Shown here piece after piece: positions 28,281 through 38,659 of a stretch of DNA of 64,000 nucleotides. The stretch spans positions 2,976,001-3,040,000 of the forward strand of contig CAWKMU010000003.1 in assembly GCA_963850905.1 (NCBI GenBank), written 5' to 3'. How positions within the stretch are numbered: the first letter of the stretch is position 1; every line of letters begins with the position of its first letter. The notes below the pieces were generated by a model. The model saw only the letters and a list, made by a program, of their open reading frames with translations. It did no database searches and was not told the origin of the DNA. Made by a program: the position numbers and the translations under genes. The DNA is from an uncultured Gemmatimonadales bacterium (lineage in GTDB: Bacteria > Gemmatimonadota > Gemmatimonadetes > Gemmatimonadales > Gemmatimonadaceae).

Positions 28281-29720
28281 ATGACTGCCCTGGATCAACC
28301 AGCCAATGTGCACGGTGTGTCCGCCGAGGTCGCGTCTCCCGCTTTCGATGAGGCGGCCGCCAAAGCAGCGGCTCTGTTCGTATCGATCTATCGAGGCCTC
28401 GAGGATCGACGAGTTGCGCCTGTGACGGACCGTGCAGCCTTGCGCGCGACCTTCGCCGACACGCTGTTGGAAGACGGCGTCGGTCTCGCACAGACCCTCG
28501 AGGAATTTGAGCAGTGGGTGCTGCCCGCTTCCATGGGGACGGCGCATCCACTCTATCTCGGTCTCGTGAACTCCTCGCCACTCCCGGCGGCGGCGCTGGG
28601 CGACCTCCTTGTCTCGTCTCTCAACAACAACGGCGGAGCGTTCCACCAGTCGCCGTCGATGACGACCTGCGAAGAGGAGATCGTTCGGAGCTTCGCCCGC
28701 CTCTTTGGCTTGAGTGGCGCCGAAGGCATGCTCGTGCCAGGCGGCATGTTTGCGATGCTGCAGGCACTCGTGCTGGCGAGAGTGCACGCCACCGGCGGAC
28801 CGGCGCGTCCCGGCCTCCGGCTGTACGCATCCGACGTCGCGCACTTCACGGTCAGTCGTTCGGCGATGGTCGCGGGACTGGCAAGTGAGGACGTGATTGC
28901 GATTCCGAGCTCCGGGCGCGGGATCATGGACGTCCAGGCATTGGCGCAGCGCATCCGCGAGGATCGCGCAAAGGGAGCCACTCCGTTTGCTGTCGTCGCC
29001 ACAGCGGGAACGACCGCAACGGGCGCCATGGACCCCATCGCCAGCATCGCCGCCGTCTGCAAGGAGGAAGGTCTCTGGCTGCACGTCGATGCCTGCTACG
29101 GCGGAGCGGCAATGCTGCTGGAGTCGATGCGGCACCGATTCAGCGGCGTCGAGTTGGCCGATTCCATTGCCATCGATCCGCACAAGTGGTTCTTCATTCC
29201 CGTCACGGCCGCGCTGGTGCTGACGACCCATGGCGACGTCGCCCGCCGCGCGTTCGCAACCACCACGGGGTCGTACATTCCGACGGAAGGGGAGGTGGAC
29301 GCCTGGCAACGGGGTGTCCCAAGCACGCGTCGCTCGTCGGGGCTGACCGTCTGGATGGCGCTCCGTGCGCACGGGTGGCGCACGATCAGGACCGCCGTCC
29401 AGAGCAACATCGAGCTCACGCGCGAGCTCGAGGCGTTGCTCGGCCAGCGAGGCTTTCAGGTGCTGGATGGAGGCGAGTTATCGATCGCCTGTGCGAGGTG
29501 GGAGCCAGCTGGCTGGACGACGGAGGCGCTCGATCGACTGCAGGTTCAGATTGCGCGCGACGTAGTGGCGTCGGGGATCGCATGGTTCTCGACGACACAC
29601 CACGCCGGCCGCACGTGGTTGCGGTTCAACATGGTCAACCTCTACACGCGCGAGCACCACGTCCGCCAGTTGGCCGACGTCCTCGTAGCGACGGCCAGGC
29701 GGCTGACCACCACCCCCTGA
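28281..29720 (+). CDS. Group II PLP-dependent decarboxylase (aromatic amino acid/glutamate/DAB decarboxylase family)
   Basis: VATAGTT.TGA.D, WLHVDACYGG and DSIAIDPHKW (PLP lysine) motifs. Confidence 0.9.
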   Translation: MTALDQPANVHGVSAEVASPAFDEAAAKAAALFVSIYRGLEDRRVAPVTDRAALRATFADTLLEDGVGLAQTLEEFEQWVLPASMGTAHPLYLGLVNSSPLPAAALGDLLVSSLNNNGGAFHQSPSMTTCEEEIVRSFARLFGLSGAEGMLVPGGMFAMLQALVLARVHATGGPARPGLRLYASDVAHFTVSRSAMVAGLASEDVIAIPSSGRGIMDVQALAQRIREDRAKGATPFAVVATAGTTATGAMDPIASIAAVCKEEGLWLHVDACYGGAAMLLESMRHRFSGVELADSIAIDPHKWFFIPVTAALVLTTHGDVARRAFATTTGSYIPTEGEVDAWQRGVPSTRRSSGLTVWMALRAHGWRTIRTAVQSNIELTRELEALLGQRGFQVLDGGELSIACARWEPAGWTTEALDRLQVQIARDVVASGIAWFSTTHHAGRTWLRFNMVNLYTREHHVRQLADVLVATARRLTTTP

Positions 29721-29801
29721 CGTGGGATCGCCGGCGACTCGAGTCGGTAGCCGTTTGGCTCCTCGGATGACGGAACGCCCACGCTGCGTGAGGACCGGCG
29801 G

Positions 29802-29826
29802 GTAGGGGCGACGCAATGCGTCGCCG
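29802..29826 (+). repeat. Single GTAG-type REP
   Basis: GTAGGGGCGACGCAATGCGTCGCC, same family as the 21454 array. Confidence 0.85.
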
Positions 29827-30001
29827 TGCCGAGCCTTAACAACGCGGCGATGCCTTCGTCCTACCAGCGAGCCCGTCCGAGCGGTCTCATGAATTCTTAG
29901 CGTTGCTCGGGTGGTTGACGAGGCGTCGGGAGGGCAGCGAGGGAGCTCCCGCCCTCGATCTCATTCTTTCGGACTCTTTTACCGGTCAGGAGCTTCGCTC
30001 T

Positions 30002-30760
30002 ATGGGTCTCGTGTCGCGCAGCATTCTGTCGCTGGCCGCCGCCTCCGCCTCGACGATTGGCATCTGTGTGGCGTGTTCGGGCAGTCAGGGGCCGGCCGGT
30101 CCAGTGCTCACTGGCAATCGATCGGGAGTGGTGTACCTCTTTGATCAATTCGGTGGCAGCCTGAATTCGGATTCCGGCATGACCGTCACGGCGAATCCAG
30201 GGAGCGTCAGCAGCGTCTCCAACACCGCCGGCCAATACATGATCCCCGGCCTCAAGACCGGTGTGTACACGATCAGCTTCGCTGCCAGCGGCTTCGGCAC
30301 CTTCCTCCAGCCACGCGTTGGGTTCGTTGGAGGTGGCACCACGCAGGTCGCGCCCGTGAATCTCGCGCAAAAATCCACCGCCACGATCTCCGGGTTGTTG
30401 GCCACGCCCAACGTGGCTGGCGACACGATCATTGTGTCGGGGACGATCGATGCGCCGCCGACAGGCGTGACACGCAGCATCCGGCTCTTTTTCTCAACGG
30501 CGGCCACCCCGTCCGCGGCCGTCGGAGCCTATGCCGTCACGACGGTCAAGACTGGCTTCAGCGCGAGCCCATTCATGTACCGGCTCACTGGTGCGGACAT
30601 CCAGTCGCTGCGCAACAATTTTGCGTCCGGCAGCACCATCAACGTCGCCGCGTACGGCGACAGCTTCTACGAGAACTCCTACGAGGACTCCACGACGGGC
30701 CAGACCGTATATCCCAATGTGAGCGCCCCGTCCAACATTGCATCCTTCGTAATGCCGTGA
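30002..30760 (+). CDS. Hypothetical lipoprotein with carboxypeptidase-regulatory-like domain
   Basis: CVAC lipobox; SNTAGQYMIPGLKTGVYTISF..SGF motif; Ser/Thr-rich beta domains. Confidence 0.78.
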   Translation: MGLVSRSILSLAAASASTIGICVACSGSQGPAGPVLTGNRSGVVYLFDQFGGSLNSDSGMTVTANPGSVSSVSNTAGQYMIPGLKTGVYTISFAASGFGTFLQPRVGFVGGGTTQVAPVNLAQKSTATISGLLATPNVAGDTIIVSGTIDAPPTGVTRSIRLFFSTAATPSAAVGAYAVTTVKTGFSASPFMYRLTGADIQSLRNNFASGSTINVAAYGDSFYENSYEDSTTGQTVYPNVSAPSNIASFVMP

Positions 30761-30762
30761 GG

Positions 30763-30797
30763 TTAGACGCTGGACGTTAGATGTTGGACGTTAGACG
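30763..30797 (-). repeat. Heptamer tandem repeat x5 overlapping the permease C-terminus and stop
   Basis: Minus strand cgtctaa cgtccaa catctaa cgtccag cgtctaa. Confidence 0.8.
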
Positions 30798-32224
30798 TCT
30801 GGCCCACGATATCGCGCACGCGCCGGCGCCGCCGCTCGTTGACGTAGAGCGCGGCGCCGACGACGTTCGCGGCCACGACCACCGTTGCGATCTTGAGCGC
30901 GAACGCAGCTTGGCTCGCGACCGGCACGATCGGCAGGACCGAGAGAATCACGTAGAGCGTGGTCGTGGCGAAACCGGCAACCGCGAGCAGCCGGAGCCAT
31001 AGGGGCGCGTGCAACGTGCTGCCACGCCATCCCACGAGCGGCAGGGCAAAGAGCACGAGGTACGTTAGTCCATAGAAGATGCCGGCGGCGTTGTCGATGA
31101 GTTGGAACGCCTCCTGCTCGCCGACGTTGATCATGCCCGCCACGGCGCACACCAGCGCACAGCCGCCGATGAACACGATCGAGTTGATCGGTGTCCGGTA
31201 CCGAGGATGGAGGCGCGTAAACCATTCTCGGGAGGAGACTATCCCATCCCGCCACCATCGGCATCCGGCTCGTCGCCGTGAACAGCATGCTCGAATTACT
31301 GAATGCCCGAGACGTGATAGCGAACACGGCGAATGGTATGATGATGGCGATGGCCCCTGAAGAACCCAATCCCACTCGGAACGCCTGCGGAATCGGACCG
31401 ACGAGGTCGAGTCGATCGAGCGGGACGAGTGCCTGGACCGCCGACGTTCCGAAGATGAACATCACGGCGATGATTGGCGCCGCGATGATCACGGAACGGC
31501 CGATCGAGCGCCGTGCCTCACGCGTTTCCCCCGCCAACACTGCCACGTACTCGAACCCGGACAGCGCGCCGACCGCGAGCTTTCCGAAAATGTTCACGTT
31601 CAGCAGCGTGAAGGCGGGTCGCGTCATGGCGAGCGGATGGTATGCCCGCAGCGTGCCTCGGAACATGTTGATGACAGGGAGCAGAATCAGGAACGCGAAG
31701 GCCATCATGAGTAGCACACTGCCCGCGTTGTGCACCCACTTGCTGATCGAGAGCCCGAGGATGGCGATGACGATGAGCGTGCCGAGGACGACCCCAGTAA
31801 CAGCGCCAATGTAAAGACGATTACCGGAGAGGAACTGAGCGCTCGGACCTATGGCGTACACGATCCCGTTGGCAATCGTGAGTCCGAATGCGCCGAGCAG
31901 CACGATGGCGTATAACCACAGATTCCACACCACCAGGAACGCGATCCCCTCGTTCAGCCCGAGCTTGGCCCACTGGTACAGGCCGCCTTCTAGTGGGTAC
32001 CGCCTGCTGAGATGGATGACGATGGCGGCTTGCGGGATGTAGAACAACGCCATCGCAGCAAGCCAGAACGGGATCTGTGACTGCCCCAACTTGGCCGCCG
32101 CTCCGACCCACGAGAGGCCGACCACATACATGATCTGAGTGAGGACGAGATCGCGGAGTCCAAGCTCCTTCCGCAGCGCAGCGCTCTGCGCTTCGACGCG
32201 CTGGGACTCCGAGACCGTCGTCAC
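30763..32224 (-). CDS. APC-family permease; apparent +1 frameshift near 31225
   Basis: LRKELGLRDL, YPLEGGLYQW, SGFE...AGE motifs. Removing one base restores WDSLLPRWFTRLHPRYRTP and joins ORFs 30791..32224 and 30763..31176. Confidence 0.85.
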
Positions 32225-32424
32225 TGCGACGTCACCGAGAATGAGGGTGTCCAGGGTTCAAGGTCGCGGGTCGAACCGCCCGCGACGGACGGGTCGTCGG
32301 CTGGCGCACGGCGGAGAAACCATAGCCTAACACCGCCGGAAAGGCCAATCGCCTCCAGACTGCTCGACTGATGTGCAGAACGGGCGCATCGACTCAATGC
32401 ACCCGCTCTACAGAACTCTCGCGG

Positions 32425-32553
32425 TCACTTGGGGGTGCAACGCTCCCGCCCATCGGGGCGTGCGCCGTGCGTCGGCGCCCAGCTCGCCATGACAATCGCC
32501 TGGGCGTGGTGCGCGATCATCCCCTGCATGAAGTGCAGGTCCTCCTTTGTGTG
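32425..32553 (-). pseudogene. Truncated DUF305 gene remnant
   Basis: HTKEDLHFMQGMIAHHAQAIVMASWAPTHGA aligns with YTKADIDFMTGMIAHHGQAITMAKWAPTHGA of the intact gene at 51361; it lacks the signal peptide and the C-terminal part. Confidence 0.8.
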
Positions 32554-32880
32554 GCCAAAAACCATCGCGACCGGCGCGTCCGAGGACGAGGCTCGTCCAC
32601 GCGTTTTGCCGTTACAAAAAATGCACACCTCAGCCTTTCTGTTGAAGCGATCACGGCAATAACACCCGTGGCGGTTCCTCTGTACCGGCCGTCGCGCCAC
32701 GGCGGGCCGCACCCGCGGCCCGCACCAATGAGGTAGCGGTTTTGTAACTGGAGGTCCGTGGCGTATTTCTCTTAGGTGGCGGCGGTAAGTGAGACCTGCG
32801 GCGTATGGCACGCGGCGTGGTCCTTGGTTAGCTAGAGCGGACGTGCGGTTTGTCCGCTCTCACCCGGTGTGTAGAAATAC

Positions 32881-34170
32881 GTGCGAGTCCTGATGTTCGG
32901 GTGGGAGTTCCCACCCAATGTGGCCGGGGGATTGGCTACGGCGACACTCGGGCTGGTAACCGGCTTACTCGAGTGCGGCGTGGACGTGACGATGGTGGTG
33001 CCGTTCCGCACGGACACGCCGTCGGCCCCCGCTGGTCTCCGTCTCATTCAGGCTCCCGAAGTCGAGACACGGCTAGCCGCACGTCTCTCCGTCCGACGGG
33101 TGGAGTCGGCACTCGTTCCCTACGGCACCGCGCGGTCCTATGCGGAGGCGATCGTGGGTATGTCCGACGTGCAGACGCTGCGCGCCGGACGAGGAATGGC
33201 CCACGTCTACGGACCGAATCTCTACACCGAAGTCGAGCGCTTTGCGGATGTCGCGGCGCAGATCGCGCGCGAAGAACCGCATGACGTGATCGATTGCCAC
33301 GACTGGATGACGTACGCCGCAGGGGTCCGGGCCCGCGCCACCTCCGGGCGGCCGTTCGTGGCCCACATCCACGCGACGGAGTTCGATCGATCACCGTTTG
33401 GGGCAAATCCGGCGATCGTGGACCGCGAACGCGCGGGCCTCCGTTCCGCGACACGAGTGGTGAGTAACAGCAGGGTGCTGAAGCGTCGGGTCGTGCAGGA
33501 GTACGGGGTGCCTGCCGATCACATCGACGTGGTTCACTGGGGAGTGGAACGGCGAGAGCCTCCTCCGGACATCCGCGAGCCGGGCCCATTTGGCAGCGCC
33601 GGTCCGGTCGTGCTGTTCGTGGGGCGGGTGACCCATCAGAAAGGACCGCGCTACTTCGTCGAGACCGCGCGTCGCGTGTCCGATTTCCTCCCGGCCGCCC
33701 GCTACATCGTCGCGGGCGAGGGCGATGAGCTGCCGGACACAATGATGCGCGCCGCCGAGCTGGGCATCGCAGACCGCGTGTTCTTCACCGGCGGACTCTC
33801 GCGGAGCGAGATCGAGCGGGTGTTCAGCTTCGCCGACATTTGCGTCATGCCCTCCGTCAGCGAACCCTTTGGCATTGTCGCGCTGGAGAGCCTCCGGAGC
33901 GGGATCCCCTGCATCGTCCCGCGGGACTCGGGTGCCGCCGAAGCACTCACCAATGTGCTGAGAGTCGATTTCTGGGATATCGATGAAATGACCAATCAAG
34001 TGGTCGCGCTGGCCCGCTATCCCGCGCTCCACAGCGAGCTCCGCTCTCGCGGCCTCGCCGAGCTGGCGTTGCCGCGCTTTACGCTCACGGAACCGGCCCG
34101 GTTGACGATCGCCTCATATGAGCGCGCGCTCGGCGCGCCGCGGCAGAACGGTGGCGACAACGGCGCTTGA
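32881..34170 (+). CDS. GT4-family glycosyltransferase
   Basis: MRVLMFGWEFPP..AGGL, HDWMT, HIHATEFDR, FVGR...QKG and PSVSEPFGIVALE motifs. Confidence 0.92.
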   Translation: MRVLMFGWEFPPNVAGGLATATLGLVTGLLECGVDVTMVVPFRTDTPSAPAGLRLIQAPEVETRLAARLSVRRVESALVPYGTARSYAEAIVGMSDVQTLRAGRGMAHVYGPNLYTEVERFADVAAQIAREEPHDVIDCHDWMTYAAGVRARATSGRPFVAHIHATEFDRSPFGANPAIVDRERAGLRSATRVVSNSRVLKRRVVQEYGVPADHIDVVHWGVERREPPPDIREPGPFGSAGPVVLFVGRVTHQKGPRYFVETARRVSDFLPAARYIVAGEGDELPDTMMRAAELGIADRVFFTGGLSRSEIERVFSFADICVMPSVSEPFGIVALESLRSGIPCIVPRDSGAAEALTNVLRVDFWDIDEMTNQVVALARYPALHSELRSRGLAELALPRFTLTEPARLTIASYERALGAPRQNGGDNGA

Positions 34171-34203
34171 CGCCGGCCGAGCGAAGCTATTACATGGCTC
34201 CCG

Positions 34204-36973
34204 GTGACCGTCCCGCCGGATGTTGACGGGCAGGCAGTACTCGCCGAAGCCCAACGCATAGCCCAAGATGCAAACCGCGAACGGAATTGGTCGCGGTGGG
34301 GGCCCTATCTGGCCGACCGCCAGTGGGGCACCGTGCGCGAGGACTACTCACCCGATGGGTCGTGCTGGACGTCCTTCCCGCATGACCACGCCCGCAGCCG
34401 CACCTATCGATGGGGTGAAGACGGTCTACTCGGGATCTGTGACCGGGAGTGCCGGCTGTGCTTCGCGCTGGCGTTCTGGAACGGTGTCGATCCGATTCTC
34501 AAAGAGCGCCTCTTCGGCCTGACGGGTCCGGAAGGGAATCACGGCGAGGACGTCAAGGAGTGCTACTACTACCTGGACGCGACGCCGACGGCGTCGTATC
34601 TGCGCGCGCTCTACAAGTATCCCCAGGACCCATACCCGTACAGCCCACTCGTCGAAGAAAACCGGCGCCGCTCGCGGCGCGAACCAGAGTACGAGCTGCT
34701 GGACACGGGCGTGTTCGACGCGGGACGCTACTTCGACATCACGGCGGAGTACGCCAAGGCGTCACCGGATGATATCCTCATTCGCATCACGATCGCGAAC
34801 CGCGGACCAGACGCCGCGACGATTCACGTTCTGCCCACGCTGTGGTTCCGGAAGACATGGGGATTCGCCCAGCGGGGCAGAGACTACGCCCCTCGTCCCG
34901 AGCTGCGGCTCGAAGCGCCGGATCGGGTGGCGACCGGCCATGAGACCCTCGGCAGCTTCCGGCTGATCGTCGACGAGGTCCCCGGCACCCAGGGAGTCTT
35001 TCCCGAGTTCCTCTTCACCGACAACGAAACGAATACAACGCGCGTGACCGGCGACGCGCCCACGCAGACGTACGTCAAAGACGCCTTCCACGAGCATTTG
35101 GTGAGCGGTCGTCGCGGACGTGGTGAACCCAGCGGGGACGGGGACCAAAACGGCGGCCGTCTACGTGCTGACGATTCCGCCTGGCGCGGAATCGGTCGTC
35201 CGCCTGCGGCTCGTCGCTGCCGACGAGGTGCCCTCTGATGCATTCGGGGATGACTTCACTCGCATCATCGCGTTGCGACATGCCGAGGCCGACGCGTTCT
35301 ACGACCACCACGTCGCGGCGGGGGCCACCGCGCAGGAGCGGGCGGTCGTGCGGCAGGCACACGCGGGTCTGCAGTGGAGCAAGCAATTCTACCATTATGT
35401 GGTGAGCACGTGGCTCGACGGCGACGGGCCGCGGCCGCCATCCCCTCAACGGCTGACCGGGCGAAACAGCGAGTGGCGTCACGTGCATTGCCGTGACGTC
35501 CTGTCGATGCCCGACAGCTGGGAGTATCCGTGGTTTGCGGCGTGGGATCTCGCGTTCCACGTGGTGGCACTCGGCCGAACCGATCCACACTTCGCGAAGC
35601 GGCAGATGCTGCTGCTCCTGCGCGAGTGGTACATGCACTCGAATGGGCAGATCCCGGCGTACGAGTTTGCCTTCGGCGACGTCAATCCGCCGGTCCACGC
35701 CTGGGCGTGCTGGCGCCTCTATAAGATGACGGCCCCTCGCGGACGTCGGGACACGGACTTCCTCGAGCGCGCGTTCCACAAGTTGCTCATCAACTTCACG
35801 TGGTGGGTCAACCGCAAGGACCTCGAGGGCAAGAACTTGTTCGCCGGGGGGTTCCTTGGGCTCGACAACATCGGCGTGTTCGATCGCTCCCGCCCATTGC
35901 CCACGGGCGGCCACCTCGAGCAAGCCGACGCGACGGCGTGGATGGCGTTCTATTGCACGACGATGCTCTCCATGGCACTCGAGCTGGCGCGCACTGACCG
36001 CGCGTACGAGGACGTTGCGTCGAAGTTCTTCGAGCACTTTGTGGCGATCTCGGGCGCGATGAATACGCTCGGCGGCACGGGCCTCTGGGATGAGCACGAC
36101 GGGTTCTACTATGACCAGTTGAATGTCGCTGGCGATCAACGATTGCTCCGCATTCGTTCGATGGTCGGCGTCATTCCCCTCTTCGCCGCCGAGTTGCTCG
36201 GCGACGCACTCGTCGAATCTCTCCCCGGGTTCGCGAAGCGGATGCGGTGGTTTCTCGACAATCAACCGGAGATGGCGCGCCTCATCGCCCACCACGAGCC
36301 TGTGAACGGCGTCGGAGGGTACCACCTGCTCGCGCTGCCGTCGCGCGACCAACTGGTGAGAGTCCTGCAGTATGTGTTGGACGAGGACGAGTTTCTGTCC
36401 GACTATGGCGTGCGATCGCTCTCTCGTGCGCATGCGGAGCGACCCTTCGTTCTGAAAGCGGATGGTCACGACTATCATGTCGCGTATGAGCCGGCCGAAT
36501 CGACCTCAGAGCTGTTCGGCGGCAACTCGAATTGGCGGGGCCCCATCTGGTTCCCGCTCAACTACCTGTTGATTGAAGCGCTGGAACGGTTCCACGCTTT
36601 CTATGGTGATACGTTGCAGGTCGAGTGTCCGACGGGTTCGGGGGTACGCATGCCGCTCGACCGGGTCGCGAAGGAGTTGGAACGCCGCCTGGTCTCGCTC
36701 TTCCTGCCCGACGAGCACGGCGTGCGGCCCGTACACGGCGCCGAATGGCGATACGCACAGGACCCGCATTGGCGGGACCTCATCCTGTTTTACGAGTACT
36801 TCGACGGCGACACGGGACGCGGCCTCGGAGCGAGCCACCAAACAGGGTGGACGGCGCTCGTGCTGCAGTCGATAGACAATCTCGCGAGGGGACGCATGCC
36901 TGGCGACGTTCTCCAACGCCGCTATACACCCGTCGCACCGGCCCCCGCGATTCCGGGTAAGCCTCTAGGGTGA
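34204..36973 (+). CDS. MGH1-like/GH63 glycoside hydrolase, copy 2; apparent +1 frameshift near 35115
   Basis: ORFs 34204..35238 and 35120..36973 are colinear with the N- and C-terminal parts of the paralog at 23526..26264; one extra base at about 35113-35117. Confidence 0.88.
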
Positions 36974-36986
36974 GAAGCAGAACGGT

Positions 36987-37100
36987 GGGGTCAGGGGTCA
37001 GGGGCTAGGGGTCGGGGAACTGCAACAAACATCGAAGCCCTGTCGCGGCGCTCTGTGGCTGGCCCCTGAGTTTGGTCCCTGACCCCTGACCCCAGGCCCC
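36987..37100. repeat. Inverted pair of GGGGTCA-type heptamer tracts between convergent genes
   Basis: ggggtca ggggtca ggggcta ggggtcg (36987-37014) ... tgacccc tgacccc aggcccc (37080-37100). Confidence 0.8.
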
Positions 37101-37119
37101 GGATCCCGCAGTTTGCCCC

Positions 37120-38076
37120 TCAATACCGATCCAGATCGTGTCCGACCGCGACCCGACCAGTGTAACCACCGCGTCGGATGCCGGCCACGAGAGCGCTGTC
37201 CGATGCGCCGTATCGCAGGATGTGGGTGAGCACGAGCAATTTGGGCTTCGCTCGGGCGGCGATTGCGCCAAGCTCGCTGTCTGACGTGTGAAACTGCCGG
37301 ATGTACGCAGGCCAGAGGTCCCCACCTGGGCGGGCCTCAGGGCGAATGTTCGCGCTGTAGTACACCTCGTGGACGAGGACATCGGCGCCGGTCGATGCGG
37401 CCGCGAGCGCCGGGGCCGGCCGGGTATCGCCGGAGACAACAATGACTCTGTGCGGCGTGTCGAACCGGTATCCGTACGCATGGGTCCAACTGCCGTGCAG
37501 CACGGGAATCGCCGTCACGCGGACGCCCGCACTGTCGTAGACCACTCCCGGCTTGATCTCGTGAACGACCACGCGATATCCATTCGCCGGTTCTCGTTCG
37601 AGCCCTTCCGTCCGGATGCGGATGTCTTCGGCGTACGCGGCAATGAGGTGATCGGTCATCGCCTGAAGGCCAGGTGGCCCATACACCGCGAGCGGGCGTC
37701 TCCGGCCCATGACCCAGGACGTCAAGATCAGATCAGGGTATCCAAGCGTGTGATCGCTGTGCAAATGCGTGATGAACGTCGCTTCCACGCCATTGATTGG
37801 GAGGCCGGCTGCGGCGAGTTGGCGCTCGACACCGGGGCCCGCATCCACGAGAAACACTCGCGACCCCACGACTATCGCCGTCGCGGGCCCAGAAGCTTTC
37901 GGGTCAGGACGGGGGAATCCGGTCCCAAGCAAGACGACGATGGCGCTATCGGCAGCAGGCGGTGCCCACACGGGGGCGCGTGCTCCAACGGCTGCCAGCG
38001 ACAAAGAGACGGTTGCGGCGACCGGGATCAGCATCCCCCACCGGCGGCCCGTCAAAACGGTGCGACGATTGCGCAT
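37120..38076 (-). CDS. Secreted MBL-fold metallo-hydrolase (RNase Z/arylsulfatase-like)
   Basis: LLGTG.P, LVDAG, THLHSDH, SGDT, LVHE, FHT and LTH motifs; signal peptide. Confidence 0.88.
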   Translation of the reverse strand: MRNRRTVLTGRRWGMLIPVAATVSLSLAAVGARAPVWAPPAADSAIVVLLGTGFPRPDPKASGPATAIVVGSRVFLVDAGPGVERQLAAAGLPINGVEATFITHLHSDHTLGYPDLILTSWVMGRRRPLAVYGPPGLQAMTDHLIAAYAEDIRIRTEGLEREPANGYRVVVHEIKPGVVYDSAGVRVTAIPVLHGSWTHAYGYRFDTPHRVIVVSGDTRPAPALAAASTGADVLVHEVYYSANIRPEARPGGDLWPAYIRQFHTSDSELGAIAARAKPKLLVLTHILRYGASDSALVAGIRRGGYTGRVAVGHDLDRY

Positions 38077-38095
38077 CACCTCTACATTACCCCGA

Positions 38096-38575
38096 ATGTT
38101 GCTCCCCAACCGTACCCGAAATCCATTGCCGCGGCATGTTGGCTTGATTGCCGTGCTCGCGTCGGCGATCGCCATCGCGGCCTGCACCAGCACCACGACC
38201 TCGCCTCGAGTCGACGTTACGGGGTCGTGGACCCTTCAAGGCGTCTTCTACGCTGATTCAGATACCCTGCAGCTCACCGGATTGGTGATGAACCTGAGCC
38301 AGTCCGCAGGGGCATTCAGCGGACCCTACTCTGGCGCCGTGTTTTCCGTGTACGACTCCACATATCTCGCTCCCGCCTCAGGCACGGCCAGTGGACAGAT
38401 CGTATCGGGCACCACTACCGGGGCACTTGTCTATTTCTCGCTGGACACGGACAAGCAGCTCTTTCAAGGCGTGCTGACCGACAGCGCGATGTCTGGAAGC
38501 GGGACGATCATTCATACCGGTTCGAACGGGTCGGCGACGTTCAACGGCACTTGGACCGCAGAACGAACGAAATGA
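38096..38575 (+). CDS. Hypothetical lipoprotein
   Basis: IAAC lipobox; DVTGSWTL...GTWTAER beta-rich domain; start uncertain. Confidence 0.7.
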   Translation: MLLPNRTRNPLPRHVGLIAVLASAIAIAACTSTTTSPRVDVTGSWTLQGVFYADSDTLQLTGLVMNLSQSAGAFSGPYSGAVFSVYDSTYLAPASGTASGQIVSGTTTGALVYFSLDTDKQLFQGVLTDSAMSGSGTIIHTGSNGSATFNGTWTAERTK

Positions 38576-38659
38576 TGCTCGAAGTTGGACGCTGGAGAAC
38601 CAACCTCGACGACCAGCATTGGCATGGCCCGCCTCGGGTTTGTTCTCTAAGGTCTAACA

